From assembly GCA_001800315.1 (NCBI GenBank), contig MGVE01000016.1, positions 3,432 through 67,431 on the forward strand: a stretch of 64,000 nt of DNA, written 5' to 3'. Made by a program: the position numbers and the translations under genes. This document shows positions 35,991 through 46,032 of this stretch, piece after piece. The DNA comes from Elusimicrobia bacterium RIFOXYA2_FULL_47_53. GTDB taxonomy: Bacteria > Elusimicrobiota > Endomicrobiia > Endomicrobiales > XYA2-FULL-47-53. How positions within the stretch are numbered: the stretch's first letter is position 1; each line of letters begins with the position of its first letter. The notes below the pieces were generated by a model. It had not been told where the DNA came from. It worked only from the letters and a program-made list of their open reading frames with translations, and made no database searches.

Positions 35991-37247
35991 ATGAAGCTGT
36001 TTAAGCTGTGGCTGCCATTATTAGTCATTATTGCTTCTGCTGCGTTGTGCCAGCAGATCATTTCTAATTCAATCGCAAATCAGAAAAACAAAATAGATTA
36101 TGCCGAGCTGAATCATGTTAAGTACGGTCTTCTCAGCGTTGAGGAATGGAAGCGGCAAATTACAGTCATCCTTGCCGATGAAGTCAGTAAGATAGATATT
36201 TCAAGATCGGACCGGCATGATTTAAAAGTGCATATTGAAACTCTGTTGAATACTCTGCTTGATAAAGTCAGCAATAAAATAAGAGAGGGCAACTCCGGTT
36301 CGGCTGAAGGCTGGATTAAACAGGCCTTCATGAATATTTTTGTTAGTTTGGATGATATTAAAACGGGTATTCCAGAATACGCTGATGCCATAATTCAGGA
36401 GCTGACAAAGGCCAAAACCATGGGACAGATAAAAGCCATGCTCAACAAACAACTCAGGCAATATTTCAGGGAAACCTTTGACAAACAGGATACTGAAACA
36501 TTGAACAACATTCTTGCAAGGACTGATGCGAAAGATATCACGGCCGCCAGAATATATCTTGATAAAGAGATTTCGTTTGCCCACAAACTGATTACAAGGG
36601 AGACACTGCTGCTTATTATTCTTGCAATTATCCTGTTTGCCTGGTCAGGCTTTAATAAACAGCCTTTGGCTCCGTCTCAATACATATACCTGGTTATCTC
36701 GCTTATTCTGCTATTAGTTACCGGAGTTACTACGCCCATGATTGATCTTGAGTCAAAAATTACTCATATGAACTTTATGCTTATGGGGCATCCCGTAAAT
36801 TTTGACAACCAGGTTCTATATTTCCAAAGTAAAAGTATTCTGGATGTCTTCTGGATAATGATCAAACATAATGATATTCCGATGAAGCTTGTAGGAATAC
36901 TGGTAGTTACCTTCAGCATTATATTTCCATTATGCAAAATATTTTCATCACTGCTCTATTACTACAATTATCATCACGCAAAAGAGAATCCGCTCATAAA
37001 GTTCTTTATACTAAAAGCGGGAAAATGGTCAATGGCGGATGTCATGGTTGTCGCGATATTTATGGCTTACATAGGATTTAACGGTATTATCACCAGCCAG
37101 CTTGAGAAATTAAGTTCCGCCGGCCCGAATCTTGTAGTGTTAACGACAAACGGCACTACTCTTCAGCCAGGTTATTATCTTTTCCTGACTTACACTCTCC
37201 TGGCGTTATTTTTGTCGGGTTACCTTACGAGAAACCCTCAGGCATAG
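35991..37247 (+). CDS. PqiA-like (paraquat-inducible protein A family) inner-membrane protein with one PqiA repeat
   Basis: I took the start at MKLFKLWLPLLVI. The C-terminal half matches the PqiA pattern: SILDVF, IPMKLVGILVVTFSIIFPLCKI, GKWSMADVMVVAIFMAYIGFNG. About 200 aa of helical N-terminal region precedes it. Confidence 0.55.
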   Translation: MKLFKLWLPLLVIIASAALCQQIISNSIANQKNKIDYAELNHVKYGLLSVEEWKRQITVILADEVSKIDISRSDRHDLKVHIETLLNTLLDKVSNKIREGNSGSAEGWIKQAFMNIFVSLDDIKTGIPEYADAIIQELTKAKTMGQIKAMLNKQLRQYFRETFDKQDTETLNNILARTDAKDITAARIYLDKEISFAHKLITRETLLLIILAIILFAWSGFNKQPLAPSQYIYLVISLILLLVTGVTTPMIDLESKITHMNFMLMGHPVNFDNQVLYFQSKSILDVFWIMIKHNDIPMKLVGILVVTFSIIFPLCKIFSSLLYYYNYHHAKENPLIKFFILKAGKWSMADVMVVAIFMAYIGFNGIITSQLEKLSSAGPNLVVLTTNGTTLQPGYYLFLTYTLLALFLSGYLTRNPQA

Positions 37248-37273
37248 AAAAAACATTTTCCCGGAATTAATAT

Positions 37274-39103
37274 ATGAACCCATCCGTAAAAGGGTCAATT
37301 ATCTTTGCTTTGGCGTTAGTCTCATTACTTTTCGCGCCTCTGCGCGCCGCAAATGATGGAAAAGCGGCTGTCAAAAGCATAAAAATAGAGGGTGTAAGAA
37401 GTTTGAAAATCAGCGATCTCAAAAAGGTAATGGACACGAAATTTCCAAACTGGATACCTTTTGCCCAAAAGCCTGATTTTAACAGCGGTGTTTTAAAGAA
37501 TGACCTGAAAAACATAGAGACATACTATCAGGCAAACGGATATTTTGACGCCTCCGCAGTTTATACTGCAATAAACGGCAAGAATGAGTCTTTAGTAAGA
37601 ATAATCATCAAGATAAGTGAAGGCGAGGCGAGTATAGTAGACGGAATATCATTGCGATTGAGTCTATTGAGCGCTCAGGATACGACGCTTCTGGCCGCGC
37701 TTACCGGCCTTCTGACAGTGCAGCGGGGGAAACGCTTCAATTACAAACTTTACGAAACATCCAAGAAGAAAATACTGCTTTACCTTAACGAGAACGGCTA
37801 TGGGTCCGCGACAATAGAAGGGAAAGTTCAGGTCAATAAGCTGGAACGCAGTGTGAATATATTGTTTAAAATACAAGAAGGCCCTCTGCAGGAGTTTGGG
37901 GAAACGGCCGTAATAGGAAATAAAGGCATTAAAACCGAACACATCACGGATGAACTTACTTTTGAGCCCGGTGTGCTTTATTCAAGCGCGAAGGTGAGCC
38001 AAAGCAGCGTAAATATATTCAACCTGGGACTTTTCCAGTCAGCCTCCGTCACAGCGGAGGTCAGTTCAAATTCCGCTGTTGTGCCGGTCAATATAAAAGT
38101 CGTAGAAGGTGACAAAAGGCAGCTCAGGCTTGGCATCGGCTACGCGGCTGAAGCCAAAGTAAGAGCCGGCGCCCAATGGAGCCGCTACTATCTCTGGGGG
38201 CGGCCGCGGACTTTGACAATCGGCGCCTCATACTCAGCGATTGAGGAAAATATCAACGCTAAAATAGCACAGCCAAATTTTTTCAGCAGAAACAATGACC
38301 TGTCAGTTATGGGCGCGTTTGACAGAGAAGCAGTTGTGAGCTACACCAACGAGAAAATATCAGCGCAGTTGCAGGTGAATAGAAATATACAGCGCAATAT
38401 ATCTATTTTCACGGCTTATAACCTGGGAATCAACAGGCCCGTTGACCTGGACGGGATGATTAACACGGACGATATTTCAGCAACTCCGGGTTCTTCATAT
38501 TTTATTTCAAGCCTGTCGGCGGGCATGAACTACGCTTTTGTAGACAACCCGGCCTACCCGGCCCACGGGATTACCTATTCGCAATATTTTGAGCAAGCCT
38601 CGTATCTGCTCGGTTCGGAAGCGGACTATTTCAAGGGTGTCACTGAATGCCATCTCTACGGTATTTTGATAAGCGAATTTATTATCGCTTCCAGGCTCAA
38701 ATTTGGATTCATCAGCCCTTCCCGTTTCACGGCCGATATACCGATCTTTAAGAGGTTTTTCAGCGGAGGAAGTTATAGTGTTAGGGGCTACGGGTTTCAG
38801 CAGATCGGGCCAAAAGACGAGGCGGGGAACCCCTTAGGAGGGCGGTACCAGATAGAAGGCAACATTGAACTGCGCTATCCGATCGTAGGCAAATTAAAGG
38901 GGATAGTATTTGTGGACTCGGGCTCAATATATCAGACTAATTTTTCATTCAACGAGTCCGAGCTCAGCTACGGCGTCGGCACGGGTGTGCGGTATGTGAC
39001 ACCCATAGGACCGATTGGGATTGACCTGGCCTTCCCGGTTCTATTAAGGCAAATTAATTTTGACGCGTATAACTTTTATTTGACTATAGGGCAAGGGTTC
39101 TGA
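37274..39103 (+). CDS. tamA: Omp85-family outer-membrane protein, TamA-like (POTRA repeats + Bac_surface_Ag barrel)
   Basis: Signal peptide. POTRA-like I.IEG....S...L. The barrel carries the FFSGGSYSVRGYGFQQIGP motif and ends YLTIGQGF. It sits immediately upstream of tamB. Confidence 0.75.
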   Translation: MNPSVKGSIIFALALVSLLFAPLRAANDGKAAVKSIKIEGVRSLKISDLKKVMDTKFPNWIPFAQKPDFNSGVLKNDLKNIETYYQANGYFDASAVYTAINGKNESLVRIIIKISEGEASIVDGISLRLSLLSAQDTTLLAALTGLLTVQRGKRFNYKLYETSKKKILLYLNENGYGSATIEGKVQVNKLERSVNILFKIQEGPLQEFGETAVIGNKGIKTEHITDELTFEPGVLYSSAKVSQSSVNIFNLGLFQSASVTAEVSSNSAVVPVNIKVVEGDKRQLRLGIGYAAEAKVRAGAQWSRYYLWGRPRTLTIGASYSAIEENINAKIAQPNFFSRNNDLSVMGAFDREAVVSYTNEKISAQLQVNRNIQRNISIFTAYNLGINRPVDLDGMINTDDISATPGSSYFISSLSAGMNYAFVDNPAYPAHGITYSQYFEQASYLLGSEADYFKGVTECHLYGILISEFIIASRLKFGFISPSRFTADIPIFKRFFSGGSYSVRGYGFQQIGPKDEAGNPLGGRYQIEGNIELRYPIVGKLKGIVFVDSGSIYQTNFSFNESELSYGVGTGVRYVTPIGPIGIDLAFPVLLRQINFDAYNFYLTIGQGF

Positions 39104-39106
39104 CCA

Positions 39107-41797
39107 ATGCGTAAAATACTGAGAATCAGCAGATATGTTATTTTGTCAACGGCGGTTGTAGCCTTTGCAGCCTTTATTTTTATTGAAACAAGCTATTTCA
39201 AAAGTTTAATCAAAGAGCCTCTGGTTTCTCAGCTGGCCCTGCTATCCGGTGGAACTCTTACGATTGAGAAAGTAAGCGGCAATATATTCAATGGCGTAGC
39301 GCTTAAGGGCGTCCGGCTGAACGGAACCGGCGGGCAATTTATTTACGCTGAGAGAATAGATGCCTCCTATTCTCTGATGGCATTACTTGACCGCAGAATT
39401 TACTTCACCAAGATCGTCATTTCCGGTCCGATCGTTTCTCTGTCACAAGACTCAGAAAATCGCTGGAGCAGCGGAAATTTGTTTAAACCTTACAAATCCG
39501 GCAAGCCAACCGCAAAAAAAGGCTTTTCAGTGATGTTCTCGGAGATACGCGTTGACAACGGCAGTTTTTCGCTGAAATACAGAGCCAAACCTGATTCATT
39601 ACTGGTAAACAATATTTATCTTACCGCCTCCGTAGGCATAAAAAACGGCGCCGCCGATATAGTTATTAACTCGCTGAACGCTGATGGCTCAAAACCTGTT
39701 TTCGCAATAAAAACTTTAAACTGCAACGCGCGGTTTAACAAAAACGAACTGACTCTAAAGGGATTACGCGTTGACACGGGGTACTCAAGAATGAGCGTAA
39801 AGGGCGCCATAAATAATCTGAGCAGTCCGGATTTTGGCCTGAAGTTTGATTTTCCGGAAATATCGCTCAGGGATATCGCTTTGCTGTCACCTCATATAAA
39901 AGCGTCCGGAGTGTTTTCCGGCACAATGAGCGTGACCGGCGGGCTCAACGCGCTTAAATTGGTTCAGTCGCTGGAGTATAATTCGCTGAAGCTGCGTAGC
40001 GAAGCTTTGATTAACCTTGGCATATTGGGTATGTCGCTGAATGGCAGAATTACCGGTATTAAACCCTGCGAGATACTGCCTATTTTCACTAAATATGAAA
40101 GAAATACCTGTCCCGACGGAGAGCAGTCAATGGATATCCATGCCCGCTCGGAGGGAAAAAACTTAGATGAGTTGAAAGCAAAAGTTTCAATATATATCCA
40201 CCCTTCTGTAATCGGCGGTTTCAAAGCAGGAGGAAGCAATTTTACGGCTTCAATATACAAGCGGATGGCATCTTTGGAAGGCAGCTTTGAACTGGCTGAA
40301 GAGCGTTTCAATCTTCTGTTGTTGGGCATGCTGAGAAACGACGCTTTCAGTATTAATAAACTAATTCTTAACTCAAATATATTTTCTCTGGCCTCAAAGG
40401 GTGTTATCGGTTACGGGAAAAGTGGAATGTTAAATATAACTTTTAGCCTCGGCGCGGATGATTTGGGGCATATTTCAACTTTCCTGCCGGCTGTATATCT
40501 GGAAGGTATCGTCTCCTCCACCGGCACTATCAGAGGAACTACAGACTCACCTGTCATTGCGGCGGAGCTCAGCGGGCATAATTTACAATTCACCGGCCTT
40601 GCCTCAGGCAGTTTTAATGCGGCGTTAGAATTAAAAAAGAATCCGCCAAAATCACAGTTTGGGGGAAATATTGATATATCCGGCGGCTCGTTTACGCTTA
40701 ACGCTACTGGAACCGAGTATCGGAACCTGAAGGCCGCTATAGTATTGGATGACAGGGAGATAGCAGTCCGGCAACTCGCGCTGGAAAGCGGGAACGGAAA
40801 CGCTGAACTCACCGGAAAAATAACACGGGATGGATTTAGCATTACCGATGCCGATCTCGCCCTTAAATGCCGGGATTTCAAAGTAATGAACACGCATATT
40901 TTTACCGGCACTATTGACGCCGACTTGAAAATAATGGGGCTCAATGCCTCGGGGCAGGTGAAGCTCATTGAGGCTGTCATAAATATTCCCACACGAAGCA
41001 GAACCGATTTGAGCGAGATAGAGTTCGTTCACTCCGGCCCCGGCGGCGCCGTAATAGTGTCCACGCGAGCGGCGGCCAGCCCGCTATTCAAACGGCTCAT
41101 GGGGGACATTACCCTTTCGGTACCGGGCAATACCTGGGTTTACGCTCAGAACCTGAGCGCCGAAGCAAAAGCGGATTTGAATATAACTAAGAAAAGAAAC
41201 GGCCCTTTGTCATATATCGGTAAAATAGATATCCTGCGCGGTGTTTACAAAATTAACGAAAGGCCTCTCAGCATAGTTGAAGGGAAGCTGCTGCCGAGAG
41301 GTTCGGATATTATGGCTTCGCTGATAAGGGCTAAAGCATCGTGCTCCGTGGGAGGAGTATCCATTGATGTAATTCTCGGCGGTACTTTAGGTAATCCGAT
41401 AATATCGTTTCAAAGCGAACCGCCGCTGGAGCGCAGCGAGATCATATCGTACCTTGTATTCGGAGCGCCCTACGGGAATCTCTCGCGGTCGCAGAGTTCA
41501 GCCCTGAAAGATTCTTCATTTGACCTGGTGGCAGGTTTCGCGCAGAAAGACATTAAGGACATAGTTGGCAGGGTCGTTCCCATAGACGAGTTGAACCTTC
41601 AGCCGTCAAAAGGCTCCTGGGGGGTGGGTAAGAATATAACCGACAAACTGTTCGCGAAATATGAATGGCGTTCCGGCCAGGATGAAAGCCCGCAGACAGT
41701 GCTCAATTACACGCTGGACAGGCATTTTAGCTTAAACTCTCAGCTTGGCGACCCAAAAACATCCGGGATTGACCTGTTTTGGAAGATGGGGTATTGA
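39107..41797 (+). CDS. tamB: translocation and assembly module protein TamB (AsmA-like, DUF490 C-terminus)
   Basis: N-terminal TM anchor, a long beta-rich repeat region, and a C-terminal block GNPIISFQSEPPLERSEIISYLVFG...LNLQPS...GKNITDKLFAKYEW typical of DUF490. Confidence 0.8.
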   Translation: MRKILRISRYVILSTAVVAFAAFIFIETSYFKSLIKEPLVSQLALLSGGTLTIEKVSGNIFNGVALKGVRLNGTGGQFIYAERIDASYSLMALLDRRIYFTKIVISGPIVSLSQDSENRWSSGNLFKPYKSGKPTAKKGFSVMFSEIRVDNGSFSLKYRAKPDSLLVNNIYLTASVGIKNGAADIVINSLNADGSKPVFAIKTLNCNARFNKNELTLKGLRVDTGYSRMSVKGAINNLSSPDFGLKFDFPEISLRDIALLSPHIKASGVFSGTMSVTGGLNALKLVQSLEYNSLKLRSEALINLGILGMSLNGRITGIKPCEILPIFTKYERNTCPDGEQSMDIHARSEGKNLDELKAKVSIYIHPSVIGGFKAGGSNFTASIYKRMASLEGSFELAEERFNLLLLGMLRNDAFSINKLILNSNIFSLASKGVIGYGKSGMLNITFSLGADDLGHISTFLPAVYLEGIVSSTGTIRGTTDSPVIAAELSGHNLQFTGLASGSFNAALELKKNPPKSQFGGNIDISGGSFTLNATGTEYRNLKAAIVLDDREIAVRQLALESGNGNAELTGKITRDGFSITDADLALKCRDFKVMNTHIFTGTIDADLKIMGLNASGQVKLIEAVINIPTRSRTDLSEIEFVHSGPGGAVIVSTRAAASPLFKRLMGDITLSVPGNTWVYAQNLSAEAKADLNITKKRNGPLSYIGKIDILRGVYKINERPLSIVEGKLLPRGSDIMASLIRAKASCSVGGVSIDVILGGTLGNPIISFQSEPPLERSEIISYLVFGAPYGNLSRSQSSALKDSSFDLVAGFAQKDIKDIVGRVVPIDELNLQPSKGSWGVGKNITDKLFAKYEWRSGQDESPQTVLNYTLDRHFSLNSQLGDPKTSGIDLFWKMGY

Positions 41798-41846
41798 AAT
41801 GTCCGTTATAAAATAACCCGCCGCGGCGGGCAAAAGGAGAACAAAA

Positions 41847-42107
41847 ATGAGCATATTCAGCAAGCTGCCCTGGAAGATCATCAGTGGTTTCGTGCCGGCT
41901 ATTGGCGAGATTGTAAAGCAGGCTCAGAATTTTTCAGAAAATGACAAAAATCCTGAACTTGAAAGTTTAAAAAGCAGGATTTCAGCTCTTGAATCCGAAA
42001 GCGTTAAGGTTCGTAACAGTTTCATGTTTGTGCTTGCGGGAGGGATAGTAATATTTTTAATTGCTGCCGCCGGGCTAACTCTCGGAATAATAAGCTTAAC
42101 GAGGTAA
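41847..42107 (+). CDS. hypothetical tail-anchored small membrane protein
   Basis: RBS AAGGAGA. A coiled N-terminal half and one C-terminal TM (FMFVLAGGIVIFLIAAAGLTLGII). Confidence 0.45.
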   Translation: MSIFSKLPWKIISGFVPAIGEIVKQAQNFSENDKNPELESLKSRISALESESVKVRNSFMFVLAGGIVIFLIAAAGLTLGIISLTR

Positions 42108-42111
42108 TTAT

Positions 42112-43203
42112 ATGGATATTAATAAAGATAACTCAAAGGAAGAAAAGTTCAGCAGGTATTTTCTGCTTGTTGTGTTTATAGCGTCATTCATTCTTTCCAT
42201 ATATATAATACGGGCATTCGTTATCCCGATAATCCTTGCCATTGTTATCTCAACATTAGTCTACCCATCGTTTAAATATGTTCTTAAAATATTAAAGGGC
42301 CGGCGTACTATGTCGGCGATAATATGCTGTGTGTTGATACTTTTAGGAATACTCCTGCCCCTGATACTCATATCCGATCTTGTGGTGGTTCAGAGCTTAA
42401 ATCTTTACCGCACCGCGGGGCCTCAGATTGATGAATTAGTCCAAAAAGGCAGTTCGGGCGCGTTAGGCAAGATTATGAACTCTTACGCAGGACAATACCT
42501 TACGAACTACGGAATAACGATTGAAATTAAACCAATGCTGCTCAAGGGATTGAAATATTTTGGTTCTGTTATGCCCGGATTAATGCACAGTTTCTCAAGG
42601 ACAACCGCCGGAATTGCGTTTGACCTCTTTATTATCGTATTTTCACTGTTTTATTTTTTAAAAGACGGAGAATATATTTTGCAGAAGGCCAGAGATATTA
42701 TTCCGATAAGCAAAGATAATAAAGATAAAATAATATCCAGATTCAAATCAATGTCAAACGCGACCTTGAAGGGAATTTTATTCGTGGCTTTCATTCAAAG
42801 TTTTCTCGCGACAATGATTTTATGGATTTTTGGCGTTCAGGCCTGGCTTTTGTGGGGGATTGTAATGCTTGTGCTCTCAACGATCCCCTTCGTCGGAACA
42901 AGCGCTGTGTTAATACCGGCGGGAATAATTAAAATAGTAACCGGAGACATTTTTCAAGGCATAGCAATTATCATTCTGAGCATTTTCTTCATTTCGCTTA
43001 TAGATAATGTCCTGCGCCCGAGAATAATAGGCAGGAGAGTCGGCATGCACAACCTGCTGGTATTTTTTTCAATTATTGGAGGTATTTTCTCCTTTGGCCC
43101 TGCCGGATTGATAATCGGCCCGCTGATCATTACAGTTTTTCAGTCTGTTTTGGAGATCTATAAGGTTGAATTTGAGTCACAGGTCAATTATTCAAATAAA
43201 TAG
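42112..43203 (+). CDS. AI-2E family transporter (PerM/UPF0118)
   Basis: Eight predicted TM segments and the characteristic ...IPFVG......P......G......LI.N.LRP...G pattern. Confidence 0.8.
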   Translation: MDINKDNSKEEKFSRYFLLVVFIASFILSIYIIRAFVIPIILAIVISTLVYPSFKYVLKILKGRRTMSAIICCVLILLGILLPLILISDLVVVQSLNLYRTAGPQIDELVQKGSSGALGKIMNSYAGQYLTNYGITIEIKPMLLKGLKYFGSVMPGLMHSFSRTTAGIAFDLFIIVFSLFYFLKDGEYILQKARDIIPISKDNKDKIISRFKSMSNATLKGILFVAFIQSFLATMILWIFGVQAWLLWGIVMLVLSTIPFVGTSAVLIPAGIIKIVTGDIFQGIAIIILSIFFISLIDNVLRPRIIGRRVGMHNLLVFFSIIGGIFSFGPAGLIIGPLIITVFQSVLEIYKVEFESQVNYSNK

Positions 43204-43212
43204 GGCCCAGGT

Positions 43213-43674
43213 ATGATAGATATATCAAAAATAACCGAATATTTATATGTTGGTTCCAGAGTCGGCAAGGAACATGCCGACGAACTGCTGGTACTCAACT
43301 TTAACCTGATCATTTCAATGATCGGGCAGATGCCGCCGGATGAAATATATACCTTGCCGCCATTTAATGTTTTATGGATTAGAACCTATGATACATTATT
43401 TACTCCCATAACAGTCAAGAAACTGCTGGTGGGGGTTGCGGCCGCGGCTCCGGTTATACAAAACAAGGGTAAGGTGCTGGTTTTTTGCATGGAAGGCAAA
43501 CGGCGAAGCGTCGCGATGGCGGCCGCGATTCTTATCAGCATGGGACACACCAGCAAGGAGGCAATTGACTTGCTTACCACGGCCCGCAAGGTAGCTGATC
43601 CGAGAAGGTGGTATATCCGAAGGCAGATAATAGCCTTTGAGAAATATTGGGGAAGAAATAAATCAAATGAATAA
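43213..43674 (+). CDS. dual-specificity (Cys-based) phosphatase-fold protein
   Basis: P-loop VFCMEGKRRS (CX5R-S). Size and layout fit DSP/PTPMT1-like phosphatases. Confidence 0.65.
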   Translation: MIDISKITEYLYVGSRVGKEHADELLVLNFNLIISMIGQMPPDEIYTLPPFNVLWIRTYDTLFTPITVKKLLVGVAAAAPVIQNKGKVLVFCMEGKRRSVAMAAAILISMGHTSKEAIDLLTTARKVADPRRWYIRRQIIAFEKYWGRNKSNE

Positions 43675-44566
43675 GAAAATTGAGAAAATTCACCTGATTA
43701 TAAATCCGGCGGCAGGCAAGGAAGAAGCAATTTTACACATTTTCAATATTGCCATGAAAGAGGCCGGCATTAAGTGGGAAGCTTCAATTACTCACAAGAA
43801 AGGCGACGGCATCCTCTACGCCAAAACTGCCGTTAAGCAGGCCGTTGATGCTGTTGCTGTCTATGGCGGTGACGGTGCGCTCATGGAAGCAGTCAGCGGC
43901 CTCATCGGCACAGAAATCCCTTTGATAATTCTGCCCGGCGGTTCCACCAATTCTATGGCTACAGAACTTGGCATTCCTGATGATCTGAAAGAAGCCTGTT
44001 CGCTCATAACCCGGGTTCCGCTTAAATGGAAAACCATTGATGTGGGACAGTTTGACGACCGGTATTTTATTACCGGATTAAGCATAGGTTTTGGGGCCGA
44101 TCTGGTTAAGGGCGCGGATCGTGAAGCAAAAAATAAGAACGGTATACTGGCATATTTCTTTTCAGCGGCTGAAGCGTTAAAAAGAGTCAGAAGAACCAGG
44201 TATCACATTAAGGTGGATTCCAATGAATTTATGGTCAGGGGCTTAACTTGCATTGTCGCCAACTCAGGCAATCTCGGGTTTACTAAAACATCTTTGGATA
44301 AGCATATTGATGTCAGTGATGGATTACTGGATGTTGTTATTGTGCGAAAGGCAAATCTTAACTTATTAAAACACCTGATTATAACTCTACTCAAAAGAGA
44401 AAGGCCGCATGACTACGAATTAGTCCAGCATTGGCAGGGAAAAGAGATTAGTATTACCTCAAGCCTTAAGCAAGTGGTTCAGTGTGACGGCGAAATATTG
44501 GACAATATTCCGCCTCTTATAAAAGTTCTACCGGCCGCGATTCGGGTTATAGTTCCAAAACAATAA
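43667..44566 (+). CDS. diacylglycerol-kinase-family lipid kinase (YegS/DagK-like)
   Basis: I took the start at MNKKIEKIHLIINPAAGK. GGDGALMEAVSGL, LPGGSTN. It overlaps the phosphatase gene by 8 nt. Confidence 0.75.
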   Translation: MNKKIEKIHLIINPAAGKEEAILHIFNIAMKEAGIKWEASITHKKGDGILYAKTAVKQAVDAVAVYGGDGALMEAVSGLIGTEIPLIILPGGSTNSMATELGIPDDLKEACSLITRVPLKWKTIDVGQFDDRYFITGLSIGFGADLVKGADREAKNKNGILAYFFSAAEALKRVRRTRYHIKVDSNEFMVRGLTCIVANSGNLGFTKTSLDKHIDVSDGLLDVVIVRKANLNLLKHLIITLLKRERPHDYELVQHWQGKEISITSSLKQVVQCDGEILDNIPPLIKVLPAAIRVIVPKQ

Positions 44567-44567
44567 G

Positions 44568-45728
44568 ATGGAGGGAAAGATCATGGACAACACGCTTAAG
44601 CTTCTTGTCGTTGAAGACAATCCTGAGGATATTGAGCTTGTAAGCAGGATGCTGACAAAGAAACAGTTCGTAAATTTTGAAGTTGAGACAGTTGCGCGAA
44701 TGTCTGAAGCCGTCCTGCGCCTTGAGAAGGGCGGGGTGGATCTCATATTGCTGGATCTCGGGCTTCCGGACAGCCAAGGGATGGGCACATACCGGGAAAT
44801 TCAGCGCGCGGCCCCAAAAACTCCGGTAATCATTTTAAGCGGAAATGAAGATTTTGACTTGGCGGTTGGGATTATAAAAGAGGGGGCGCAGGATTTTTAT
44901 GTCAAGGGAAGTGTTAAACAGGAAGCTCTTGTTCGTTCTATCCATTATGCTCTTGAGCGCAAGCGGGCAACGGAAAAACTGAATATATTTAACGCTGAGC
45001 TTGAAATAAGAGTTGAAAAACGCACCAAAGAGCTTGAGGAGGCAAATAAGCAGTTGAAATCTTTCTCTTATTCAATATCGCACGACCTGAAGGCGCCGAT
45101 CAGGGCGATAGAAGGATTTTCCGCGATTCTTGAGAGCGATTATTCAAAAACCATGGACACTGAGGCAAGAAGGCTTGTTTCGCTGATAAGGGGAGGGGCG
45201 TTAAAAATGAAACAGCTTGTAGAGGACTTATTGCTATTTCATACATATTTAATGAAAGAACTCGCGAGCAAACAGGTAAATATTTACAACCTCGCGCAGT
45301 CAGTACTTGCTGAAATCAAAAGCCACAATACAACAGGCAAGGCTGTTGACGCGAAAATTAATCCCTTGCCTGACGCCCTATGCGACAGCGCTCTGATACG
45401 GCAAGTTTTTATAAATCTTATCTCAAACGCGGTAAAATTTACTTCTAAAACTGAAACACCAGAAATAGAAGTTGGCGGCGAAATAATTAATGGATTCAAC
45501 CGCTATTATGTCAAAGACAATGGCGTAGGTTTTGATATGGCATATATGGATAAACTTTTCGGCGTTTTCAACAGGCTTCATAAAGAATCGGATTTTGAAG
45601 GCACCGGTATCGGCCTTGCGATAGTGAAAAGGATTATTGAGCGCCACGGCGGAGTGGTTTGGGCTGAATCTAACCTGAACAAAGGGGCAACTTTTTATTT
45701 CACCTTGCCGCAGCTGAATTCTAATTGA
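44568..45728 (+). CDS. response-regulator receiver fused to a histidine kinase (REC-HisKA-HATPase)
   Basis: LLVVEDNPED...DLGLPDSQG. H-box SYSISHDLKAP. SNAVKFT, DNGVGF, GTGIGLAIV. ATG 44583, after GGAGGG, is an alternative start. Confidence 0.85.
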   Translation: MEGKIMDNTLKLLVVEDNPEDIELVSRMLTKKQFVNFEVETVARMSEAVLRLEKGGVDLILLDLGLPDSQGMGTYREIQRAAPKTPVIILSGNEDFDLAVGIIKEGAQDFYVKGSVKQEALVRSIHYALERKRATEKLNIFNAELEIRVEKRTKELEEANKQLKSFSYSISHDLKAPIRAIEGFSAILESDYSKTMDTEARRLVSLIRGGALKMKQLVEDLLLFHTYLMKELASKQVNIYNLAQSVLAEIKSHNTTGKAVDAKINPLPDALCDSALIRQVFINLISNAVKFTSKTETPEIEVGGEIINGFNRYYVKDNGVGFDMAYMDKLFGVFNRLHKESDFEGTGIGLAIVKRIIERHGGVVWAESNLNKGATFYFTLPQLNSN

Positions 45729-45848
45729 CTTATCATATAGAAAGAAGTAATCTATTAACAAGCAGGCGCAAAAGATATATTACTACTTAATTATTTAGTG
45801 GGGAATATGACTAACACAGGGATCATCTTTACACAATAAAATATAATG

Positions 45849-45880
45849 TACCGCCATTTTTTTGGGCGGTATTTTTATTT
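45849..45880 (+). terminator. intrinsic terminator after the REC-HK gene
   Basis: UACCGCC - loop AUUUUUUUG - GGCGGUA, followed by UUUUUAUUUU. Confidence 0.65.
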
Positions 45881-46032
45881 TATATATAGATGTCTTCCGA
45901 GGGCCCGCAGGACTGAATGCTCTTGCGAATAAGCGCGGGGGCGCATGAAGGCTCCGAGCCGGTGAGCGGCGCTGTAAAATCAAGTGCGGATACCAGACAG
46001 CTCGTTTCGGATGACAATACCGTGGGGAAAAA

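Noticed and set aside
41817-41830. The GC palindrome cccgccgcggcggg after tamB as an intrinsic terminator
   Set aside because: No U-tract follows (caaaaggaga is the RBS of the next gene). The downstream gene starts 17 nt later, so read-through and co-transcription are more likely.
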